Shown here piece by piece: positions 1-8,900 of a DNA stretch of 38,040 bases. The stretch covers positions 66,216 through 104,255 of the IMG/VR virus record IMGVR_UViG_3300018954_000017; one strand, 5' to 3'. Under the pieces are notes generated by a model. It was given only the letters and a program-made list of their open reading frames with translations. It was not told the DNA's origin and did not search any database. The position numbers and the translations under genes were made by a program. Position 1 is the stretch's first letter. Each line of letters starts with the position of its first letter. The DNA comes from a virus.

Positions 1-93
1 CCCAACGTAAAATATTTCTTTTTGGAAATCCTCTTCGCCCAAATGATTGACAAAGGAATGCAAAGTGTACAAAATATAAAAATAGGTTTTCAT
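1..93 (-). CDS. 5' part of a probable GIY-YIG nuclease-domain protein (runs off the window edge)
   Basis: Hand translation from ATG at 93: MKTYFYILYTLHSFVNHLGEEDFQKEIFYVG. YILY...FYVG fits the GIY-YIG motif. GAGG RBS and a TTGACA-17-TATAAG promoter (~157-185) lie upstream. Confidence 0.5.
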   Translation of the reverse strand, partial: MKTYFYILYTLHSFVNHLGEEDFQKEIFYVG

Positions 94-205
94 TGAACAA
101 TCCTCAATGGAAATCGTTAGCAGCTCTGGAAGTCTCTAGCTTCTGGAGCTTTTCCCTTTATATCCTTTATCTTTCCCGTTGTCAAGATGTGATAAATCGC
201 TGGAA

Positions 206-466
206 CTACCTGTCCATAACATCCCAACTCAATCCTATTTGTTTTAGCTTTGAGTTCGCCCAATTTTGAGCTATCTCAATGTTTTCAAATGTGTCGTCTG
301 TTGGTAGTAATTTGCTTTCCTCTAAACAACTTGCCACCAGTCTCCAGGCGTGATAATTGTTTCCGTCCTCTGGAATAGACAGTAGAATTGTATTCGCCAC
401 TGCTTTCCCCAATGCAATGTTGTCTTCAGCCAAAGAGTCAGGGTTTGTCATTTTCTTTGATCCCAT
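206..466 (-). CDS. hypothetical phage protein
   Basis: 86-aa ORF overlapping the end of 438..740 on the same strand. Confidence 0.5.
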   Translation of the reverse strand: MGSKKMTNPDSLAEDNIALGKAVANTILLSIPEDGNNYHAWRLVASCLEESKLLPTDDTFENIEIAQNWANSKLKQIGLSWDVMDR

Positions 467-740
467 AACGTTTGATTAAATATGCAGTATCTTTTTGTGA
501 TACGACCAAACCCTTCTTGGCTTTTCTCGCGGCATAAACTAGCGCTGCTGTTTCCAATACGTTCGCATCTACAACACTATTTCCAGAGGGTTGATAGTCT
601 TCAACTAGACCAGCCCAACACATATTTTTATAATGCTGCGTCCATTCAGCTAATGTATGCGGAGCGTTGCTGTTGAAATTTGCTTTGATAAGATTTTGCT
701 GTTCTTGCAAAATACCGCTGCCATAAATTTGTGCTTTCAT
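438..740 (-). CDS. hypothetical phage protein
   Basis: 100-aa ORF with ATG start and normal composition. Confidence 0.55.
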   Translation of the reverse strand: MKAQIYGSGILQEQQNLIKANFNSNAPHTLAEWTQHYKNMCWAGLVEDYQPSGNSVVDANVLETAALVYAARKAKKGLVVSQKDTAYLIKRYGIKENDKP

Positions 741-948
741 CGATTTACCAAATTTTACTTATTTTAACTTAATAGAATCAGTTTTCGCAACCTACAACAA
801 GCCCACACATTCACCCAAGAGTCCTCTAGCCACCTCTGGAGGGCTTTCGTTTGACTATAGGTAGCTCGTGATAACATATAGAAAGCAAAAGCCGCCCTGG
901 TTTTGCTAATGAGGGCGGCAGTTAACGCAAGTCAAAGGAATATTCACA

Positions 949-2130
949 ATGAGTAAGTCAAGTTTAGCAAAAAATGCATCATTTCGCACGTACACCAAAG
1001 TTTCTGATGAAGATTGGGATTGGTTTGTCACACAGAAACCATCCGTACAGCAACTATGGGGTGAGTGCATGAGAGCCGAAAGATTTGGTGAGAAGTTTTA
1101 CAAGCTCGAAACAAAATTGAGCGAGAACGTTTTCTACGAAGCGAAAAAGGTACTAGAGGGGCAGCTTTTTGAATTTCAGCCGATTCAGAAGCTCACTAAA
1201 AACGGAAGATACAAGAATACGGGGTGGAAAGTTCGCAATTTACACGGCTCAAACATTCACGAGTACTGGAATACAACCGAATCTCTCGTACCACGAAATT
1301 CGGGGGAGGAGATGGACGCAACTCAATTAAATAGTAAAAGAACTCCTACCACGGAAGTCGGGGTTTCCTACCACGAGAATCAAGGTGTATTACCACGAAA
1401 TTCGGGGGAGGAGAAGCCTGTCGCCTTTGACACGACTGCGTTTGAAACTTCACTATTATCTACCTATAATCTTCTATCATCTAATGAATCGGAGCAAGAT
1501 TCTTCGTCTATATCACGCTCTGGTTGCTCGGAGCTAGCCCCCTGCACTAAGGTTACGGGGTCTGCTCCGGCTCCCGACGCTAAGTTGACTCGTGAAGAGA
1601 ATCCGGAGGCAAGCCTTACTGACTTCGATTCATCGAAAAAGAATCTAGAACACGGGCTAGTTAGTGAACCCGGAAGACGAGAAGATGAAATACCCGTGCA
1701 AAAGATGACGGATCAGTGTACTCAATTAAATACGATTTCCGCCGCGCCAGAATCGCCCCCAAACCTGCCAGACCCTTGGGACGCCCAATCCGACCAGCCA
1801 CCCGTTGAACCCACCTTGCAGCCCCGTATAGCCCCCGATCCTGCTGAATGTAGTCGCGTCTATTTATTAGCCAAGCAGAAGCTTTCAAAAGCTGGGCTAT
1901 TGAGTGGCAATGGCTACAAACGGTTAGCAAGATTTAAAGAAGAGTTGGAGCGAGGACGACTAGCTAAACTGATTGAAGGAGTGCGGGAGAATATGGGAGA
2001 GGATGTGACATTGCCACCTGAAGTGTTTTTGTCAGACTACCTTCTGTATGATTCTGATGCATTCGAGGAACCTCAAGTTTGCGTGAGAAATATAGAGGGA
2101 TTGACCTTAGTACCTTGGTCAAAACTCTAA
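949..2130 (+). CDS. putative phage replication initiator (Rep/O-like) with internal origin
   Basis: AAGGA RBS. Globular N-terminus, then an internal iteron array (1289-1414), an AT-rich tract and a low-complexity linker. This is the layout of lambda O-type initiators. Confidence 0.55.
   Translation: MSKSSLAKNASFRTYTKVSDEDWDWFVTQKPSVQQLWGECMRAERFGEKFYKLETKLSENVFYEAKKVLEGQLFEFQPIQKLTKNGRYKNTGWKVRNLHGSNIHEYWNTTESLVPRNSGEEMDATQLNSKRTPTTEVGVSYHENQGVLPRNSGEEKPVAFDTTAFETSLLSTYNLLSSNESEQDSSSISRSGCSELAPCTKVTGSAPAPDAKLTREENPEASLTDFDSSKKNLEHGLVSEPGRREDEIPVQKMTDQCTQLNTISAAPESPPNLPDPWDAQSDQPPVEPTLQPRIAPDPAECSRVYLLAKQKLSKAGLLSGNGYKRLARFKEELERGRLAKLIEGVRENMGEDVTLPPEVFLSDYLLYDSDAFEEPQVCVRNIEGLTLVPWSKL
1289..1414 (+). 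repeat. iteron array TACCACG(A/G)... x4
   Basis: Exact 24-mer TACCACGAAATTCGGGGGAGGAGA at 1289 and 1391. Variant copies at 1347 and 1369 give 22-bp spacing (1347/1369/1391). Confidence 0.8.
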
Positions 2131-2299
2131 TTTCTACAGATCGGGAATTCCAATTCACAGTGGGCTTGCCCCGTCGCGCAGCGTCAGTAAATCAAGATTC
2201 CCGATCTACAGTGAATCCGTACTTACCCACGAAGCGTAGCGTAGTTACCCACACGCTTTTGCCCACAGATCGCGTCAGTATTGCAATAGAACGCAATAG

Positions 2300-5050
2300 T
2301 TGGCAAATGTGATTGAGGGACATCAATACGACCCATATTCGATAGAAGGCTCCGGCATCGTCGGCGGACTGCTGGGCGGCGGCGGCTGCTTTGTCGCTGG
2401 TACACTAGTCTGGACTCCGAGTGGACTCAAACCGATTGAAACCCTTCAGGTTGGCGACCTCATCGTTGCCTTTAAGCCTGATGGGTCACTTGTCACGTCT
2501 GTAGTTGAAGCAACTCATGTCCACGAGCAATACTGCGTCAATCACTACACTCTCTGGAATGCTGAGTTTACAGCCACCCCAAATCATCACGTACTGACCG
2601 CCAACAACGCCTACAAAGCACTCCAAGACTTCGAGATAACCGAATGCCTTGTTGATGCTTTAGGCGAGCTACAGCCGCTTCTGGCGGTTAAAGCTGAACC
2701 TGAGTTGACAACGGTTTACAACCTTACTGTTCAACCCTGGCACAACTACCTTGTGACACCAAAAGGCATCCGCTGTTCAAACGGTGGCGGCGGTAAGTCA
2801 GGTGGAGGGAAGGCAGAGAATGATGCCTACAAAAGTAATGCAACGGCATACATTGTAGAGCTATTGAGTGCTGGAGTTGTCGAAGGAATTGTTGGTGGGC
2901 TTCAGGGAATCTATTTTGACCGCACTCCTGTTCAGAATACGGATGGATCGCTTAACTTTAAAAACTTTCAATATGATTTTCGTCCTGGCACTCAGAATCA
3001 AACGTTTATGCCGGGATATTCTGATGAAATTTCATCAGAGAAAACGGTAGATCAAGAAGTCAAACAACAATTACCAATTTCCAGAACCGTTGTTAGCTCA
3101 GAGATTGATGGCATTCGTGTTCGATTGGCGCTATCGCAACAAAAGCAGGAGGACAATGGTGACGTTGTAGGAATGACTTTACAGTATAAGATTTTTGTCA
3201 AACAAGGAGGTGGTGCTTTTGAGTTACGGGTGAATGAAACTAAATCTGGTAGGTTTTCTTCACTTACTGAATTTGAATATTATCTTCCTGTCAACAATTT
3301 CAACAATACAGTTGATCAGTTCACTGTCAGAGTTGAAAAGGTAACCGCAGATATCGCTGAGGGAGACACTAAGCAGCAACAGACGCTCAAGTGGCAGTCG
3401 TATACAGAGGTAATCGAAACAAAACTTAACTATGCGAATTCGGCTGTTATCGGTGAGCAATTTAATCCAAAAGACTTTTCTTCAATACCTAACCGTCAAT
3501 ATAAGTTAGCTGGCGTCCTTATTCAGATTCCAACTAATGCAACGGTTAACCCAACAGATCGTGGATTAGACTTTATATCGGATATCTGGGACGGTACGTT
3601 CTACACGCCAGCATTAGCTTGTGCCGATCCAGCTTGGATTGCCTACTACCTAATGACTGATCCCATCAACGGATTGGGGCGTTACATTGATGCTCCCTCG
3701 ATTGACAAGTGGAGTCTCTATCGGTGCAGTCTTTATAACAACCAGATGGTTGGTAATGGACTGGGTGGCACAGAGCGCAGATTCCTTTGTCATACGGTGT
3801 TGCAACAGCGAGAGGATGCTTGGAAGGTGTTAGAAGCGGTCTTCAGCGCTTTCAATTGCAGCCATTATTGGGCAGATGGAACAGTCTATTTTGTTCAAGA
3901 CCGTCCGTTACTGCCGGGAGAAGAATATAGTTGGCAATTCACTCAAGCCGATGTTCAGGGTGGTCAATTCGTCTATAGCTATTCAGCACTACGAACGAGA
4001 TCTTCAGTTGCAATGGTTACCTGGAACGACCCTAGCGACTATTACAATCAAACGATTGAACCTGTAGAAGATGCTAATGCTTTAGCGAAATATGGCTATA
4101 AAGAGATAGAGTTTGCCGCATTCGGTTGCATTTCTCGTGGACAAGCCATCCGAAAGGGTCGCTATGTACTTTTTAGCAATAATCAAGAAACCCAAACGGT
4201 TAGCTTTAGTCCAAGATCTTTTGCAGCTTATGTCAGACCTGGTGAAATCATCCAAATAGCAGATGCCAAACGAGCCGCTATCAGGTACGGGGGGTTGGTT
4301 AAACAGGCAGACTTTAGCAGTATCCTCATAGACTCACCTGTTGCAATCCTCAGTGATGGATACCGTTTGACCTGTATGATGCCGGATGGAACGTTAAATA
4401 CTCGTAACATTGTCAATATTTTGGGCACACACACTACCCTCTTTGTTGATGTAGAGTTTAACGACATTCCTTTACCAGAATCTAACTGGGTTGTTTCTGC
4501 TCCAAATGTCCAACCGCAGCTCTTTCGTATCATCAGTAATGCAATTGATACTACTGATCCTACAAAACATGTGATAACAGCATCATTGTATATTGCAGAC
4601 AAATATGACTACATAGAAAATGGATGGGATATTCAGGAACAGCCCATACGTCAAACCATTCCAACAGTAGTATCGGCTCCATTGGGTATGAAGTTGACAT
4701 CTACTACAGTTAACGGCGCACCCACCCTATTTGTTATATGGCGAAGACCCTTGACCGAAATTGGAGAGATTGATCCGTTTGTAGACTCCTATCAAGTTGA
4801 ATTATCCCGCGACTTTATTACTTGGGAACAATCCAGAATTGTGACTAATAATAATACCACTTATCAGAACGTGACACCTGGAGTCTATTACGGACGAGTG
4901 CAATCAATAGATATCAGTGGTAGAACATCTGAATTTATTTACTCAACAGCATTCACGGTTCAAGTGAATCAAATACCACCAATGCCCATTACAACCGAAA
5001 CTCAAGACTTTACCAATCCAGGCAATAGTTCAAACGTGTTCTTTTTCTAA
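2300..5050 (+). CDS. phage tail tip / host-specificity protein J-like with N-terminal Hint domain and C-terminal FN3-like domain
   Basis: Lambda J-like motifs: LLSAGVVEG, FRPGTQNQT, WDGTF..DPAW, FGCISRGQAIRKGRY, RPGEIIQIAD..YGG. Confidence 0.9.
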   Translation: MANVIEGHQYDPYSIEGSGIVGGLLGGGGCFVAGTLVWTPSGLKPIETLQVGDLIVAFKPDGSLVTSVVEATHVHEQYCVNHYTLWNAEFTATPNHHVLTANNAYKALQDFEITECLVDALGELQPLLAVKAEPELTTVYNLTVQPWHNYLVTPKGIRCSNGGGGKSGGGKAENDAYKSNATAYIVELLSAGVVEGIVGGLQGIYFDRTPVQNTDGSLNFKNFQYDFRPGTQNQTFMPGYSDEISSEKTVDQEVKQQLPISRTVVSSEIDGIRVRLALSQQKQEDNGDVVGMTLQYKIFVKQGGGAFELRVNETKSGRFSSLTEFEYYLPVNNFNNTVDQFTVRVEKVTADIAEGDTKQQQTLKWQSYTEVIETKLNYANSAVIGEQFNPKDFSSIPNRQYKLAGVLIQIPTNATVNPTDRGLDFISDIWDGTFYTPALACADPAWIAYYLMTDPINGLGRYIDAPSIDKWSLYRCSLYNNQMVGNGLGGTERRFLCHTVLQQREDAWKVLEAVFSAFNCSHYWADGTVYFVQDRPLLPGEEYSWQFTQADVQGGQFVYSYSALRTRSSVAMVTWNDPSDYYNQTIEPVEDANALAKYGYKEIEFAAFGCISRGQAIRKGRYVLFSNNQETQTVSFSPRSFAAYVRPGEIIQIADAKRAAIRYGGLVKQADFSSILIDSPVAILSDGYRLTCMMPDGTLNTRNIVNILGTHTTLFVDVEFNDIPLPESNWVVSAPNVQPQLFRIISNAIDTTDPTKHVITASLYIADKYDYIENGWDIQEQPIRQTIPTVVSAPLGMKLTSTTVNGAPTLFVIWRRPLTEIGEIDPFVDSYQVELSRDFITWEQSRIVTNNNTTYQNVTPGVYYGRVQSIDISGRTSEFIYSTAFTVQVNQIPPMPITTETQDFTNPGNSSNVFFF
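2387..2782 (+). other. Hint (intein-like/BIL) domain within the J protein
   Basis: CFVAGTLV...ATPNHHV...VYNLTVQPWHNYLV...IRCSN, 132 aa. Followed by Gly, so there is no +1 C/S/T. Confidence 0.85.
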
Positions 5051-5061
5051 AAGGTAAAAAT

Positions 5062-5907
5062 ATGACTTACACAAATTATGTTGACGGCGACGGCATCAAA
5101 AGAAATCGCAAGGTTCGTAACACAGGAACAACCACAGATCCTTATGAGAGTTATGTAGTTGATGCAGATCTTGCTAATGCAATGGGTACATCAGCTTCAG
5201 CACCTGCAACGACTACTACTGGAACTTGGTCACTCATTAGTTTGATCAAAGGACTTTGGACAGCATTCGGATTAACCTCACAGGCTTCAGATACCACTGG
5301 CACACTAATGCAACGCATCAGAGGTATTGGCGATCGTATGGGGAGCTTTGGTGATCCGGCGAGCGCTACAGGTTCAATTATGGCTCAGTTGCGGACGATT
5401 GCGGAAAGCTATATTCTTCCTCGTGCTTCCAACGCTCAATACTATGCCAGTTTTGTTGGGGGTAATAAGTCTTACAATGGTACTCCGGGTGCTGTTGATG
5501 TCGCAGGAACAGGTGGTAACGTTTGTGTTTTTGTCAACCCTGTTGGCTCAGGAGTTGACTTATATATTCAACGTCTTGTTCTTTCCTCCGACAATGCAGG
5601 TCGTTACGAACGCTATCGACAGGCGACTTTAGGAACTCCAGGTACTCCAGTAGTTAATGTAAACAGAGGCGGCAATGGTTCCATAGGAGTTGGAAAAGTT
5701 TATCCTCCAGCACAAATTACTGCTACTGGAGGAAACATAAGCATGGTTACTTATGTGCCTGCTTCGGCTACAAGTGCTGACGCTGTAGATGGCACCCTGA
5801 TTCTACGTCCAGGACAAAACTTGTATTGGCGATATCTTCCCAACGGCAACGTGACTTCTAAATGTGCTGTTGAAGTTGTCTGGTGGGAATTGCCAGCGCA
5901 GGCTTAG
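5062..5907 (+). CDS. putative virion structural / tail-associated protein
   Basis: Directly follows J with an AAGG RBS. G/T/S/A-rich with a beta-rich C-terminal domain ending VVWWELP. Confidence 0.55.
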   Translation: MTYTNYVDGDGIKRNRKVRNTGTTTDPYESYVVDADLANAMGTSASAPATTTTGTWSLISLIKGLWTAFGLTSQASDTTGTLMQRIRGIGDRMGSFGDPASATGSIMAQLRTIAESYILPRASNAQYYASFVGGNKSYNGTPGAVDVAGTGGNVCVFVNPVGSGVDLYIQRLVLSSDNAGRYERYRQATLGTPGTPVVNVNRGGNGSIGVGKVYPPAQITATGGNISMVTYVPASATSADAVDGTLILRPGQNLYWRYLPNGNVTSKCAVEVVWWELPAQA

Positions 5908-8900
5908 GTGATCACATCATAAAGCATGAATTGTAGCTCGTCGTCCTCTTTCGGCTCAACCCTAAATCTCCCAACAAACGCCAACTTATTCTCAATTGCC
6001 TCTATAACTTGTGGCTTTGCTAATGCTTTGTAGTAAGCAACAGCTTCCACAGTCGTGCCACTGTGGTCTTCAAGCACCAATTCGTACCGAGGGTTCCCAG
6101 AAGATTTGGCAATCTTGTAAACTTTGTCGATGATGGCACAAGCTACATCGACAAAGTCTGGCGGTTCAACTCCATCTTCGTTGACAATTGGAAAGCTATC
6201 ACGCTGAGATAATTCTTCGACGGGGTTGGATGTTATAAAGAATCCTGTGAATTCCAATTCTTTCCGTAATCTCTCGTCCATTGTAAAATCATCTTCAATT
6301 TCAACCAGATAGAAGTTTTTGCGGTTGTATATCTCAGACAGCTCCTTTTCTTTCCGAACAATGAATTCAACATCTGCCGTCTTCGTTTTATTTAATGGCT
6401 CATTTTCGTAGACAAATGTTTCTAAAGCTTGGCGACTGCGCTCTAGTCCTAACTTGGTGTATCTCTTTTCAATGGATTCGGTTGTTCTCGCCGCTGCATC
6501 ATCCATTGCTTCATACTTCTTCTTCCAATCCTGCAACAATTTAATTGACTCAATCAACTGCTTGCGATTGTCACAGATGCAATCTAAAGCGCCAGAGTAG
6601 GCAAGAGCCGACAGAGCTTTTACGTTGATGCGGGTGCGAAGAAATATGTCAACTAATGATGTAAATTCACCTTCTTGACGAGCATTGAGGATAGCCTGGA
6701 TTGCTGTATCCCCTAAATCTTTGATCAGTCGCAAGCCAAAGAAGACTTTGTTTTCAGAGGATGGTGTAAAGTTCTCACCTGATATATTGATGTCTGGTGG
6801 CAATACCTCAACACCTGATTTTTTGGCAAGTTTGATAAACTGACGTGCCTTCTTGACATCAGTACAACTCAGGAATGCGGCAATATATTCGGCAGGATAA
6901 TTGGCTTTCAGGTAAGCACACTGGTAAGCAAGATACGAATATCCAACGGAGTGGCTATTTGAGCAACACAGACCAGATGCCAATAGAAAATTGTGTTCCG
7001 GATGGTCTACTTCAAGATCGTAACCTTGACGGAATCCCAAGAAAGAGATTCGTACAGGCTTCCGTAACACCTTACTCCTGTCCAGCCCAAATCCTGAATT
7101 ACCTTCAGTAATTGTACCAGAGTAAACCCAGCTTTTCCTATCTCCCCAGTATGGGAATTGAAGTTCTCCATCGATAAACGAATTAGTCGCCAAGAGCGTT
7201 TTATAATTTCCGCATCCAACATTCTGTCTCTCTGTTGTGTTCTTTCTAACAACTCTGTCCCGTGGATAGGCAAAAAGTGCCAAACTCCATCCACTTCGAT
7301 GATTGTCTTGCTGTCCCTGTGGATTAGGTCTATCTGTTTCTTCCTGCCAGAACAGTCTATCCGCGTATTCCGAATAAACCCCATATGTTCCAATCTTGCA
7401 ATCAACCACACTTCCATTCGAGAAGCATTCTTGGGTGACGACTGAGCTTTGATTGTAATTTCCTGAAATTTCTCTGGATTTTCTTCTCTCCATTTTTTCA
7501 AAGGGACAGCACGAGCCTGCTGAATTTCCGGACGCGCAGATGTTTTCTTCGCTGTTTCCGAATACTTTTGTCTCATTGCTGGTGTGTGGACTAAAGTTTT
7601 GCAATTGTTCACTCTCGTCTTTCTGTGTAACTCCTGACACTGGGGGCAAGACCGATAATGCAAAGATTTCTCTTTCTGTGTTGGAACTGTGACCCCACAC
7701 AATGTGGTTCTGGGTTTCGCTCCTGTTTTGCTGGTAGAGATGCAATGAATGCATTCTTTGTGGTGAGCAGTCAGTTTCTTTTTGGAGCTTACTGCTACCC
7801 CACACCGAGTAACCCATCTTGAGTATTTTCCAGAGCGGAAGTTGTCCATCTTTAGTTAGCCATTTGTGATCTAAAGTGCAACATTCGACACTGTTGTCGT
7901 CAAATGTAACTTGCCACAAGGGAACCATCCCATGATCATGTAGAGCTACAACAGTTGACTCGGACAAAGAGCCGTCCGGATTCATTGACAGGACACGATC
8001 TCCAGGTAGGCAGTCCTTGATAGGCTTGTTACCACCCATTATATAGATTTCTGTGTCTTCGTGTACTGTTTTGTTGAAACCGTACTCCCCGAAAGTTTGA
8101 ACTTTATCAAAAAATTGGTTTAACTTGACCTCATCAAACCCCCTCGACGTGCCCCCTTCAAGAAAATCTTTTCTCTCTTTAGGCATCTTATCGACTTTCT
8201 TTTTGCCCACAACAGAACGCAATTGATCCGCTCTAGTGTCGTCAAAGCCAGCTAGAACCTGCGAAGACTTCATTACCGACTCTTGATACACCAGCACACC
8301 ATACGTGTCCTCTAGAGCCTCCTGAAGCTCTGGGAAGTCATATTCAACGGGTTCCTTGCCGTGTTTACGTGCAATATATCTTGGAATCATTCCTGAGTCT
8401 AACGCGCCAGGTCGATAGAGTGCATTGACGACAGACAGATCTTCAACTGTGCTGGGCTGAAGTTGCTTCAGAATCCCTTGCATTCCTTTGCTGCCAAACT
8501 GGAAAATGTCCTCAGTTAGACCACGAGAAAAAATTGTATAAGTTGCTGAATCATCCATCGGCAAATCATCAACATCTACTGTTTCCCCTCTGTTTTGTTT
8601 GATATTAGCGACAGCTTCGTCAATAATTGCAAGATTGATTAATCCCAAAAAATCCATTTTGAGAAAGCCGAACTTAGGCACCATGTTCATATCATACTGA
8701 GTCACAACAGTGCCGTCATCCATCACCATCAATGGAATTAATTTCTCAATATCACTCCCAGCAATAACAACACCAGCTGCATGTACGCCAACGCTAGCTA
8801 AAGCTCCTGAAACTTGAATTGCTATGTCTATCCAGCGCTTGAATTCAGTATCCTTTAGATATCTTTCGCGAAACTCTGGTACTGGAGTGTCTTCAGCAAT

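Noticed and set aside
6957-8069. Class 3 (WCT) intein assignment for the dnaE intein
   Set aside because: Trp B12 is present, but block F position 4 is Asp rather than Cys.
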